Positions 47,702 through 60,679 of a DNA stretch of 64,000 nt are shown here, one piece after another. Position 1 is the first letter of the stretch. Every line of letters starts with the position of its first letter. The notes below the pieces were generated by a model that saw nothing but the letters and a program-made list of their open reading frames with translations, was not told the DNA's origin and did no database searches. The stretch spans positions 27,156,001 through 27,220,000 of the forward strand of contig NW_027266286.1 of assembly GCF_022045235.1 (NCBI RefSeq), written 5' to 3'. Source of the stretch: Haliotis cracherodii (lineage: Eukaryota). The position numbers and the translations under genes were made by a program.

Positions 47702-49305
47702 TTTGGGTCTTAAAGTATTGCTTGGCTCTGCCTTTAAGAGAACAAAATGTATGTCTTGAAGTGGTGACGGAATATTAAATGACTGGTCCCCAAGTCCCAA
47801 ATATAGTTGTCATAGTAACTGTTTTGTGAGGAATGATTGGTACCCGAGGGTGACCTGGTCGATGTGGCTCATGCTGTCGATCACTGGCTGCCTGACAGAG
47901 CTTGATTATTTTTAGGCAGCATCTATATAGGTAGAATATTGCTGACTGGGGCATAATTCAAAATTCACTCACTCAATTTTAGTTGAAGTATTGACCTTCA
48001 GTCTCAAAATTCAACATATTCATGTATTCATTGGACAAAGTGTATAAAGTAACTGACAGACTATTCAACAGGTGCAGTTAACTGTCAAATGAAACCCTTT
48101 GAAGCTATATATATATGTGACAAAGTTTTACAGAACTGCCCTTGTTAGCTGGTACATGTTCAATGATTTTCTCAACATTGGGACTGATTTTGGTTTTCTT
48201 GCAGGTGCCTGTTCACATATTGAGCTAATATTAACATTAGCTGTTTCGTGACATCACACCATGTTTGGCTGGAAGCTTTTTATAATCTATATTGACCCAT
48301 GCTTCATTGCATAGCTGCAAGGTGTTCCACTACACATCAAGCCTCTCAAGTTTCACCTTTTCTTTACAATTAGTCATTAGGGAAACAGTATCATTGTCAT
48401 AGCGGTACTCATGAACGTTGCTGCTGCTTATGATGGTTAAGGAATGGAGTTATAAAGAATGATATTTTCTACAAACATGAATGTGCGCTTTGAGATTATT
48501 TTGCCTTTGAAGAATTTTGCTAAATATTAGACTGATGAAGTCGACAGGTTCATGAACTGTGCGGTTAAATGTCCAAGTACCCATCAGGAGTTTGTGCACA
48601 AATATCCAATCCTTTCCTATGTTTGCAGTCATGGGGTTAGGGGTATTGACATTTGCAAGGTACAAAGTAGTTTACTATTGCAATCTGCTTGACACACACA
48701 ATCAACGGCTTGTGTTGCTCACCGGTGGATTAACATGAACTTACCCAAGCTGCTATAGGGGCTAAATCCTGCTGTAAGGCTGCAATGAAAAAAGGAAGAA
48801 ATGGGGTTAAGATAGCAGCCTTATTGACACAAGTGCACAGAACACAAATAGAAGAATATCCCGCAATGAGTCGCATTCTACAAACATCTCAAAACATTCT
48901 GTTTGCCGCGTGTCCGTCTGACTAAACATCGACAGGTCAGTTGAACTCCACGCAGCGATACAACACATAAACACTCCCAACCGGATAAAAAACACAGGAA
49001 TCTTACTCCATCCACGGAAATATTGTCACCAAATTCAACCAATACGCAGACACAATTCTTATGAGCTAGACATAAATGTTTGAAAGGTTTCTTCGCTCCT
49101 GTCTGATCTCATGGGAGGGATGCCACCACGGCAGATATGCTGTATGTGTGTTGAAGTATCTGTAAATTGTCAGTAATGGAGAAATATAGTTGGTAGGCAA
49201 ATAGGATGTCTGAAAAGGGAAAGGTGCTATTTGACAACAACTGCCTGACACTAGCCTCACCCTCTTCAAAGGAGTTTTCAGCACTGTTGAAACGCTTCAA
49301 GAATA

Positions 49306-49450
49306 TGTGAGTCAGTTTGGTTTTTATGCTACTTTTAGCAAAATTCCAGAAATGTGACGCCATGAAATCTTCACACATTACCCGTATGGGGAATCGAACC
49401 AAGGACTTTAACATGATGAGCAACAATTTAATCACTAGGCTACCCCACGG
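49306..49450 (-). mobile_element. SINE family A, old CpG-decayed copy
   Basis: CTTTTAGCAAAATTCCAG...GGGGAATCGAACC...CACTAGGCTACCC. Confidence 0.75.
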
Positions 49451-50479
49451 TCTTAGCAATGTTCCAGAATAGCATGTAAGACCTTGGTATTTGTTGATGT
49501 GACTTTGACATCTCAAATATGCTGGTCAATAATGACATTTTGAGTATTCCGAAGCAAGCTTGACATTATAGAAGCTGGCTCTTGGTTCGCAAAGTGACAT
49601 TTCACTTCTTGTCTTGAAGAATTGTTTTATGTCCCTATCTTGGTATAATTTTTTAAGGTGTTGGACGATTTGTGATTGTGATACGTATCACATAATTTAA
49701 ACATTTCTGTTGACCAAGGCTAGTGATCTCTTGAGATAAGAAAATGTATTTATATCTCCTAGCAATGTTTACTTTGAGATAGATGGATGGGCCTGGAAAG
49801 TTCAGTAGATATTTTAAGATACACCTTAATGCATCGAAGAAATAAATGTATACTATAAAACAAAATTTAGAAAAATTCTACAATACAACACTGTGAAGTC
49901 ATTTTAAAATCCTAAGCAGCATGAAATATATATGGTGAGTTTTCAGATGGTTGAGAGTAACTTGAGACACATGATTGGCACTACCACCCCAAAGTGCCAA
50001 TGTAGAAATAGAATGATATTATTAATAATGAAGTAAGTGAATTTTATGGATTCTTAGCCCATAATATTTTTAGAACTAATATTGAGCTAGAAGCACACAG
50101 AGTGGCTTGTCTGTTCAAGACAATGACATGTTCTTTTACACAGCAGAGGATGTAGATTGACTGTCAGTTCAGCATGGAGGTGAAATCTGTTGTTCCTTGT
50201 TTTCCACTCATCAGATCTCTTATTTGGGACATTTGTGCATCTAAGAACAAGAGCAGGTAACTTTCATCACATTTCAATGTCATGGGTCCAAATGGGTCTT
50301 AACTGGCATTTGCTTTACCGAACAAACTAGTTTAAGAATGGAACAGAAATACAACTTTTGGATTGTTCTAAAAAGTATTCAAGAAATATATGAATATTTG
50401 TCATAATGTATCTATTACTAATGTCTATTTATTACACCCTCATACAATTTATGTGATCCTTTGTAATTAAAACCAAGAA

Positions 50480-50740
50480 GACCCATGAAGATCTGGGCTA
50501 GTATAGGTCTTCAGCAACCTATGTTTGCTGGAACGGGTGACTATGCTTGTCATAAGAGGCGACTAACATGATCGGGTGGTCAGGCTCGCTGACTTGGTTG
50601 ATGCATGTCATCGTATCCCAATTGCAGAGATTGATTCTCATGATGTCAATCACTGGATTGTCTGGTCCAGACTAGATTATTTGCCGACCGCTGTCATATA
50701 GCTGGAATATTGCTGAGTACAGCGTTAAACAAACAAACCA
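50480..50740 (+). mobile_element. Family B, full length
   Basis: GACCCATGAAGATCTGGGCTAGTATAGGTCTTCAG head, duplicated motif, body and tail. Confidence 0.9.
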
Positions 50741-51557
50741 TAAAAACTCCAATTGGTTTTCTCGAACTTTCCAATGTAACCTACTTTAAATGTTTCCACC
50801 TACTAGTCTGGCGAAGCTGAGTGTTTTCGCCTTTGTGAAACCATTTGTCATGTGTCTATTGTTGCAGTCAGAGGCATGTGTGTTTAAGGATCCTCATACA
50901 CTCAATAAACACATCCAGATACGACACACTCATGTACACACGCATGTAAACACGTGACCCTCGTACCATTTCATGAGAGCAGCCACTAAAGGGTACATCA
51001 TTAGTATCGACTTGATGGCGTCACAGTGGAAAATGTTGTATGGGAGGAAGGTTGCTGTCATGAGGGTTTAAGATCATGGATGTCGCCACCTACAAATTCT
51101 TCAAATAGCGCAGATTGATACTCTGAAATTTGGAAATAATGATGGCGTGTGCTGTGTGTAGGGTACATATTACAAACAGGTTTATTTTCGTCATCTCTTG
51201 TTGTACATTGAATGGTACACAAAGCAAGTTTCAGTCTGAATATGTAAGTGGCGATGTTCACAGCTGATGTATCATTAAATGACGATTTCTTTTTGCATAA
51301 AATGGTTATTTTATCAATTTATTATCCCCGATTGGGAAAGGAAGGAGTGAACAAAATATGTTTATAAAGATAATATTAGTATTTATTTATTTAAACATTG
51401 AAGTGTTGCTTTTTCCTTTTACAAACTTTTAAATGATACCTGTGATGGCAGCTGATTGTAGTTGTAGGAAGCTATCTTAGCAGCAGAACTTTAACAACTG
51501 AGTCTTGCTAAGGGTCTGTGACAGCCTTGGTGCTAAGATCCCTTCATAGCAAATAGT

Positions 51558-51824
51558 GACCCATGAAGATGCGGGATAGAATAGGTCTGCAGTAACCCAT
51601 GCTTACAGTAAAAGGCAGCTATGCTTGTCGTAAGAGGCGACTAAAGGGATTGGATGGTCAGACTTGCTGACTTGGTTGATGCACGTCATCAATTCCAATT
51701 GTGTGGATCGATGCTCATGATGTCACTGGTTTGTCTGGTCCAGACTCGATTATTTATAAACTGCCGTCATATAGCTGGAATATTGCCAAGTTAGGCGTTA
51801 AATAACAAACAAACAAACAAACAA
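51558..51824 (+). mobile_element. Family B, full length
   Basis: 13-bp TSD CATAGCAAATAGT at 51545-51557 and 51825-51837; starts exactly at GACCC. Confidence 0.93.
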
Positions 51825-52164
51825 CATAGCAAATAGTACTAAGACAGTTTCATGATAGCCTGTTGCTAAGAAACATATGTGTCTAGTGGAGATATACCAA
51901 CATGTGAAAGGGGGATGTATGACTGTCTTAGCATTAACACAAGACTAGCATTTAAACCCAGAAATAAAGTTATCTTTTTAAGATATATCTATCTACAAAA
52001 TTAGTGTAAAATTCAATATGAAGCACCAAAAACTGCTTAATTTATGGCTCAGCTAGACTTGCCAAAACATTCTCGACTTGAGTTGGATTCAATTTTTCAT
52101 TCATTTTCTGGAGTCTGGGAGACTACGTTAATCCCTTCTTGACTGTTTAGTCATATGGCTATTT

Positions 52165-52451
52165 CCAAGGCTTCCTTACAAAATCTTACACCATTAGGAC
52201 TTGGGATTATCAGAAATATGTATCTCCAAGACTTCCATACAAAATCTTAGAACCATTAGGACCTAGAATTATCAGAAATATGTATCTCCAAAACTTCCTT
52301 ACAAAATATTAGAACCATTAGGACTTGGAATTATCAGAAATATGTATCTCCAAAACTTCCTGACAAAATCTTACACCTTTAGGACTTGGGATTATCAGAA
52401 ATATGTACCTCCAAGACTTCCTTACAAAATCTTGGCACCATCAGGACTTGA
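52165..52451. repeat. 61-62-bp tandem repeat x ~4.5
   Basis: CCATTAGGAC-like starts at 52191, 52253, 52315, 52376, 52438. Confidence 0.92.
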
Positions 52452-52920
52452 CAATCTCAGTTCGATGTCCTCTTAGCATTGGAGAGGGTAGTGTTATCTG
52501 CCAGCTGATAGATCTCACATTGTCAGTATGCTAGGGAGGCCTCCTTCCTAGTTGGGGTGATGGCATCTTATTGGAATGTCCCAGTGGACTTTCCAAACAA
52601 TTCGACTTTGCATTTGTTTGCTGAAGTTTGTGTCCTAGCTATTTCATTGTTGCGTGTCTGGTGTGTGATGTGTACGTGTGAAGTATTGTGTTGATGGAGG
52701 AACTGGATGTCAACCACCGTCTTGTAAATGCTGGGTGCTCTGTTGAAGATGCACAAGGTGGTCCGTTCACAGTCATATTTTCTCAAACTACCTTACAAGT
52801 CGCAAATAAGCTCTCAATTTATAAATGATTTTAATTGTGAAATTTCGTTATATTTATTAAAACCCCATTATGAAACAACATCTTGATAATTTTTAAGTAT
52901 TTTATTTCCCAATGCTGGGG

Positions 52921-53179
52921 TTGGTTGGTTTGGTTTGTTGTTTAACGCCGCACTCAGCAATATTCCAGCTATACTGTAAATAATCGAGTCTGGACCAGAC
53001 AATCCAGTGATTGATATCATGAACATCGATCCACGCAATAGGGACGTATGACATGCATCAACCAAGTCAGCGAGCTTGACCACCCGATCCCGTTAGTCGC
53101 CTCTTACGACAAGCATAGTCGCCTTTTACGGCAAGCATGGGTTGCTGAAGACCTATTCTACCCTGGGTCTTCAGGGGTA
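52921..53179 (-). mobile_element. Family B, near full length
   Basis: 12-bp TSD CCAATGCTGGGG at 52909-52920 and 53180-53191; minus-strand head TACCCCTGAAGACCCAGGGTAGAATAGGTCTTCAG. Confidence 0.93.
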
Positions 53180-54127
53180 CCAATGCTGGGGAACAGTACT
53201 GCCCCTGACTGTTTACAAGACTTTTATCTATATTACAGACCCAGCTATTGTTATTGATTGTAGTTCTTTTTCCCGACATCGTTCAGCAAAGCCCCCCATT
53301 ATTAAACAATTACAGATAATACCTTAAGAATTATTTTTGTATAATTTACATGTATGGATTCAGGTTGTATTGTCAAGTAATGTAAAGCATTAATACCAAT
53401 TATATTCACACAAATATTACTTTGATAAAAAAATGTAGAATCACATTTTCAATCTCAACACTTAGTAAAGTGGTCATAATTTGTCAGTCTCAAAAGAATA
53501 TGTTCTCTAAATTTATTCATTAGTGGCTTAAGAATCCTTTGCTAGCTCGGAGGTGTTTTGGGTTCCATCAGAGCAAGTTAATCACATCAAATAACATTTA
53601 AATGGACTCAGAATGCAAGGATGAACGACTTTTAAAACCTATTTTTCACAGGTGTTATTTTTTTGTTTACAAAAAGAAAAACTTGCATCGTCATTGTTGA
53701 TGACATGAATATGGAACTGCCAATGAGTGCTCTACAAGCTACTGAACTGTAATTTAAAAGACTGTAGAAAGAATAGCTTAAAAGGCTTTATGTTTTCACA
53801 GTGTACTTTAACCACTTAAAGTATCAAATTCAGATTAAAAGATACTATGAAAATATGTTTGTATAAGTATGTGTTTAATATTTAAAAAAATTTAAGTTTC
53901 TTGGTGCAATGTGCCGCAAGGCAAGTAGATAAAAATGTTTATGGAGAAAATGACAGATTTCTTACAGCTGCTTAATATAATTGGCATTTTAGATGTGTTG
54001 AAGCATCATTGCTTTGATTGCCATTGCATGTCACTTGTAATGACACATATCATCACATGCTTTTCTTTCTGTCTTTTGCTATGGTACTGATGTGATTATA
54101 CCATCAGTGTTAAATCTTGCTCGCTGA

Positions 54128-55251
54128 ATCACTCACTCAACCACTCACTCAACCATTCACTCAACCCCTCACTCAATACCAACTCACTCATACACTCGCT
54201 TAACCACTCACTTAACCACTCACTCAATACCCACTCAGCCACTCACTCAACCACTCACTCAACCACTCAACCACACACTCAACCACTCACTCAGCCACTC
54301 ACTCAACCACTCACTCAATCACTCACTCACTCACTCACTCAACCACTCACTCAACCACTCACTCAGCCACTCACTCGACCACACACCCAACCACTCACTC
54401 AACCACTCACTCATCCACTCACTCAACCACTCACCCAACCACTCCACTCACTCAACCACTCACTCAACCACTCACCCAACCACTCACTCAACCACACACT
54501 CATCCACTCACCCAACCACTCACTCAACCACACACTCATCCACACACTCAACCACACACTCATCCACTCACTCAACCACTCACTCAACCACTCACCCAAC
54601 CACTCACTCGACCACACACTCATCCACACACTCAACCACACACTCATCCACTCACTCAACCACTCACTCAACCACTCACTCAACCACTCACTCAACCACT
54701 CACCCAACCACTCACCCAACCACTCACTCGACCACACACTCATCCACTCACTCAACCACTCACTCATCCACTCACTCAACCACTCACTCATCCACTCACT
54801 CATCCACTCACTCATCCACTCACTCATCCACTCACTCAACCACTCACTCAACCACTCACTCAACCACTCACTCATCCACTCACTCAACCACTCACTCATC
54901 CACTCACTCAACCACTCACCCAACCACTCCACTCATTCAACCATTCACTCAACCATTCCCTCAACCACACACTCAACCACTCACTCAACCACACACTCAA
55001 CCACACACTCAACCACACACTCAACCACTCACTCATCCACTCATTCACTCACTCGACCACACACTCAACCACTCACTGATCCACTCACTCAACCACTCAC
55101 TCAACCACTCACTCACCCACTCACTCAACCACTCACTCAACCACTCACTCAACCACTCACTCAACCACTCACTCAACCACTCACTCATCCACTCACTCAA
55201 CCACTCACTCAACCACTCACTGATCCACTCACTCAACCACTCACTCACTCA
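54128..55251. repeat. 12-bp minisatellite (CAACCACTCACT)n related to (ACTC)n
   Basis: About 90 units with variants CATCCACTCACT, CAACCACACACT, CAACCACTCACC. Confidence 0.95.
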
Positions 55252-56179
55252 GCTTTGCTTGCTGTCATATATTACTACACTATCACACATCCCAACAGTT
55301 TTGTAGGACAACAACGCCACACAAATATGCATGTCATCCTGGCAATAATGACGTCTCCAAATACATGGGTGGGACTTCGACAACAAATTAGTCAAAGCAA
55401 ATTTATAAACACATACAATATCATGTGATGTATATCAACCTCTCTCGGCTGATTGTGTATTCTATATGCCAATTTTATGGCTATGCGTCAAACGACAGAT
55501 CAAAGAATATGGCTCGCATGCTTTTGTCAAATTTCAAAGAGCGGTTGTAGGATTAGGCAATTTTGCATTGCCCATGGGTGACCAATGTGTTGTGTAAACT
55601 TAGGCTGCGTTATCTACAAGGCAAAAATGTGAAGATGAAAAGATAGATGAATTCAGGGAATTTGAAGTCAACAGCCTTACTGTATGTTGTATATGAAAGA
55701 CAAATTGAAGGTTACATTTATTCATAGAGTAACCTTGTCAATCTATTTGTGGAATGTGATTTAATAACATCTTGGCATTATAGCAGATCGTGAGCCCCAC
55801 CAACATTTTGCGAGCATCCTCCCTGAGATTGATTGTTACTGTTGAATGATAAATTGCGATTTTGAATTTTATTTGAATTGATTAAGGTGTGTCCGTGACA
55901 AATTTTTTATTGAAAAAAAAGAAGTTTGCGCCTTGTATTCTGTTGGTTGCTTAGAATAACTTTATAAATAGATGGCATTTCTTAACGAAACATGAAACTT
56001 GTACCTGTGAATTAATCATGACGGCCATGTCAGTGTCATTGTCCAAGTAGGGGAACACCTATTATCAAAATTGGTCATCTTAGACCATAATGAATTTTAT
56101 TTCCACATGTTCAAGAGGCGTGTAATATTCATGTTGAAATTGATACACAAAGATCATGACTTTTTTTTATAGCTAATAT

Positions 56180-56320
56180 CAACTGCCAGGCCAGAGAAAG
56201 TATACAGCCATGTTTGATGGCGGCGAAAAATGATGCAAACAAGGCATGGTTATTCGATGGGGATGTATTTGATACGAGTATCATAGTTGTGTTTTGGTCC
56301 TGAAGTTTGCAGTGTTTCGG
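56180..56320 (+). mobile_element. MITE family T, left part
   Basis: AACTGCCAGGCCAGAGAAAGTATACA TIR plus GGTTATTCGATGG body. Confidence 0.7.
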
Positions 56321-56961
56321 TGGACATGAGATAGGTTTATACATGTATATGACTATTTAACGTTGGAACTTACTCATGGGGCTTGAATGAATAGATGACG
56401 ATTGAGATTTCTGTTGTATTAACTTGTGTTTTATAAATGGAAGAAATGCTGGAAGGAGTAATGGCTTTATTTGTCAGTAAGGTTGTAATGAGGGATCCTG
56501 TTTGGGAAAAAGGTGATGTAAATCTGAATGAAAATGGAAACTGGCAATCATGTATGGACATTGAAATATATCAATGAATGGCAGTCATTTATTTTAGGGA
56601 GGATGTTGCTGTGGCACATTCCAGTGAGACTGATAGGTTTTCTTGTTATGATCATAAATGTGTCAAGTTGAAGTTGTTTTATGCCTTTTGTAGTCAGCAA
56701 TATTACAACTGCATCATGGTCTGTAATTTATGGAGTCTTGGCCAGGCAAACCAGTGGTTGATACCATGAGCAAGATCCATGCTGCTAGGAATCCCTGTAG
56801 GGAGATAGGCCTGAGGTATTGTGGACCTATTCTACCCTGGATTCTCCACAGAACAGAGTCGAAAGTGTGTTGATCATTGCTGACTTAAAGGAAGAAGTGC
56901 AGATGTATCTGAGAAACCATCATCTTTTAAGCATATGTTACTGATACAGGCTTGTAAGAAG

Positions 56962-57256
56962 GACCGCCTTCGTGGTCTTGTGGTAAAAAGTCCGCCCGGA
57001 GAGCAGAAGGTCTGGGGTTTTATCCCCGGCTGCGTCATACCCAAAGACGTTAAAAGATGGTACTTGTTGTTACCCTGTCTGGGGCTCGGCATTAAGGGGC
57101 TAAAACAAGGACTGGTCGGCTTGGAGTCAGTATACTGTGTCTGAGTTAAGTATTCATGTTAAATACATGGTACAGCCACACACACACAAATGTGCATGCA
57201 CATCGCTATATAAGTGGAATAATCTTGGACGCGACATTAAACCCCATTTCACCTCA
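56962..57256 (+). mobile_element. SINE family C with internal deletion
   Basis: TSD CTTGTAAGAAG at 56951-56961 and 57257-57267. Confidence 0.9.
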
Positions 57257-58359
57257 CTTGTAAGAAGGACAGGATGTTGCCACCATTAATAACATCAGTA
57301 TTCAAAGTTTGGGAGGACAATAGATAATTTCTATTCCTCTTATTCCTTTGTAATTGCAGTTTTGTATTATTATTCATTTTCAAATTGTTTACCAGACCAC
57401 ACATGGTAGATGAACAGTAGGTTGGATGTTGTTAACAATAACAACCAAATGTATTAGTGCTGCTGGTACTACATGTAATTAATTAACCTTTGCTCAGCTG
57501 TGATTAGATGGATGCTCCTGTTATGGTACTGATGTGATATTGCTGAGGCAGTATTATAACTGTGTGTGCTCCCTCTTCCCCTCTCTCCCACTCATAACCA
57601 CTAACAAAAGCCCACTCACTCACCCACCATCTTCCCGGAGCAAGAGAGTAACTGACTATAAAAGTCCTGTTTCCATCCATGCCTTGAATTCCTGGGCTCG
57701 ATTGTAGCGCCATCAGTGGTTATTACGAGTTTTGTCCCTTCTAAGCCTCAACAGATTCCGACAGATGGACCAACACCTCTTGTATCACCTGCATTTGTTT
57801 CGTCGAGTCAGGACGATCTGATCGATAATCAAGATCTGTTTTGTGATAAAACGGGTCTTACATCGCGAAGTGCATCAAATCACGTGAGCACCTAGATTAA
57901 AAACATGGAAAGATTTGAAAAATATCTGTTGGCAACGAGTTGGCGGTATACACGCTTTGCAAAACTTGCAATCGACCGAAATCTGCACGAACGTTTACGA
58001 ACCAGATTTTGATGTCGTTGCCTGATTTTGATTGGACTATGCATAGACTCGTTAGTCCAGCCAAAATGTAACTCCATAATACCAGCCATAATACCACTCA
58101 CTCACTCACTCACTCTGTATGCAGATTTTATTGTCATGCATCAAACGGCAGATCAAATAATATGGCTCTCTTGCTTTTGTCAAATGTCAAAGAGCGGTTG
58201 TAGGATTAGGCAATTTTGCATTACCAATGGGCAACCAATGTGTTTTAATGGTTCTTTCACTCAAAAGTTCATCTCCTCACTCACAAATACACGAATGAAC
58301 GAACAAATGAATGAGCATGGTGGGATGTTCTGGGAGGAGCTAGAACACTTGTCCCGTGT

Positions 58360-59384
58360 TTGACACCCCTCCTCCCATCTAGCCACCTCGGGGATATAGC
58401 GATCAGCCAGTCTGTCCGTCTATCCGTCTGTCCGTCTGTCCGTCCGTAACCATTTCCTTTTCCGGGGCAGAACTCGAAAACAATTCAGTGTGTTTGATTT
58501 AAACTTTGCAAATCTATCAGTCACATACTAAAGTTGTGCCTTTTGCTATTTAGGAATTTTAGAAATTTTGATTTTATACGTTTCCATGGCAACAAGTTGG
58601 ACTTCGGTTCTATAAGAGTGGTGTTCATTTCCGGAGCATAACTCAAAAACCGTTAAATACTTTCTTACAAAACTTTGCATGTCTGCCAGGCACATACTGA
58701 ACTGGTGCCTTTTGCTATTTAGGAATTTTAGACTTTTTTATTTTTGTATATGTTTCCATGGCAACAAGTTGGACTAAGGTTCTATAAGGGTGGTGTTTAT
58801 TTCCGGAGCATAACTCAAAAAACGTCAAATACTTTAATACAAAACTTTGCATGTCTACCAGGCACATACTGAACTGGTGCCTTTTGCTGTTTAGGAAGTT
58901 TTATTTTTTTATTTTTTTTATGTTTCCATGGCAACAAGTTGGACTTAGGTTCTATAGGGTAGAGTTCGTTTCTGGAGCATAACTCAAAACGCATACAAAA
59001 CTTTCTAACAAAACTTTGCATGTCTATCAGACTCATGCTGAACTGGTGCCTTTTGCTATTTAGGAATTTTATAAGTTTTTATTTTTTACATTTCCATGGC
59101 AACAAGTTGGATTCAAGTTTTAATATAGGGTGGGTTCACTTATGGAGTATAATAAATAAACTGTTAAATATTTCCTTGCCAAACATTGCATGTCAATATA
59201 TAAAGCACATACTGAACTGGTGCCATTTGATATTAAGGAGTTTAAGAAATGTTTATTTTAGAATTTCCATTGCAGCTATTTTGACATGGGCTAAGAGAAA
59301 TGTTGGGTCAGTTACCTGGTTTTTGACCGTAACGTGTTAAAATGGGCTGGGGATATAGATGACTTCATTGATTATACGCTTGTT
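58360..59384 (+). mobile_element. Helentron-associated HINE/DINE-1-like non-autonomous element with ~170-bp internal tandem repeats
   Basis: GGGGATATAG at 58389 and 59349, (GTCC/GTCT)n microsatellite near the 5' end, five 169-172-bp units (starts 58461, 58630, 58802, 58971, 59141). Confidence 0.7.
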
Positions 59385-60679
59385 TAGTTATTGTTTCTTG
59401 TAATTTGTCATTTGTTTGCATAAAAAAAAACCACACACTTGTTTTACTTTCCATTTCATATGGATGCCAGTGCATCATGCCACCATGGTGGATCTTTGTG
59501 GGTAAACAATGTATGCTTCTTCTGAAGAACATTCAACTCTTGACTCATTACATACAGAATTGCACATTTACTTGTGGTTACTTTACAGACAGCTCCTGGT
59601 GGGATATGTCATCTTTCTGATGACTCTTGTTTTAATATAATTTTAAATATTTTTAAAACTCTGTCGCCCTTATAATGAACTGACAGCAAATTAGAAGCCA
59701 GAATAATTCAAACCAACTTGTCTTTATGAGTCATACAGTTTCCGGACAACTTTACATGCATGTTTGATCTTCTGGAAGTGTGACACCTGACATCATACTA
59801 GCTCAACAAAAGTGTTGACACATCACAGGGACGAGGACTTTATATTCTTCTTGATATACCCTTTTCATGTCCCGAGATAAAAGCCAGTGATATGCATCTC
59901 TAAAATACAGTGGCAGTTTTGTGCGCATCTGTGTCAGCGAAACGTCCGCAGTCGCATCAACCTTGACGTTCTGACATGGATGTCGACGCTGGCTTAAAGT
60001 TGACATTATCCGATGGAAACATCAAACGCTTTTAATCGTTGGCGTTCACTGTTCACAGCGACATTGTGGCCTCGTGCGTCATTACATGACAAGTCATTCA
60101 CAGAAAATGAGCTTGACATTTGACCCAAACACACAAATTGACAGATGTTGCGGTAACATGTTACATACAATATTCTGCGTGCTCTTTGCCATTTTTTCGG
60201 ACGAATGTGATACCTCTAGGATTATATTCCTTAATTTGGTTGATTTTCTGTATTCATAGTTTGTTTATTTTACCATTTTGGAACCAATTTTCTAATTGAT
60301 TGATTTGATAATCTAAGTTTGATGACATTATATACTTTATACATTCATACATGCTTGCAATCAAGCAAGTCACAGAGCCTCATACAACAAGATTCATAAC
60401 CTAAGTATCCTGGTATGACTAAGGGACATAACTCTGCATGAACAGATGCAACACTTTAGACTATTGGACAATCTGTGGTTAAGATTGTATGTCTAGAATA
60501 TATTGAATAGGTGCTGAGTATACTATGCTTGTCACAACAGCTGAGTAGTTACAGTGTGTTGCTCATGCTGTCCACCACTGGTTTGTCATGTCCGGTTTAT
60601 TCATGGCTGACTGTGGGTGAAACTCATACAAACTAAACATGATTCCTTCATTGATAAGAAAGAAGAAACACGATCATTT

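Noticed and set aside
47290-48230. Candidate exon 2 acceptors (TTGTTTCCAG near 47311, TTTTCTTGCAG near 48204)
   Set aside because: Phase-1 continuation hits early stops and shows no reeler-domain similarity.
40359-49450. Antisense bias of family A copies within the intron (4 of 4 on minus)
   Set aside because: Too few copies, and families B and C occur in both orientations.
54423-55248. W/S/E-rich ORFs (169 and 67 aa)
   Set aside because: Direct translation of the 12-bp minisatellite.
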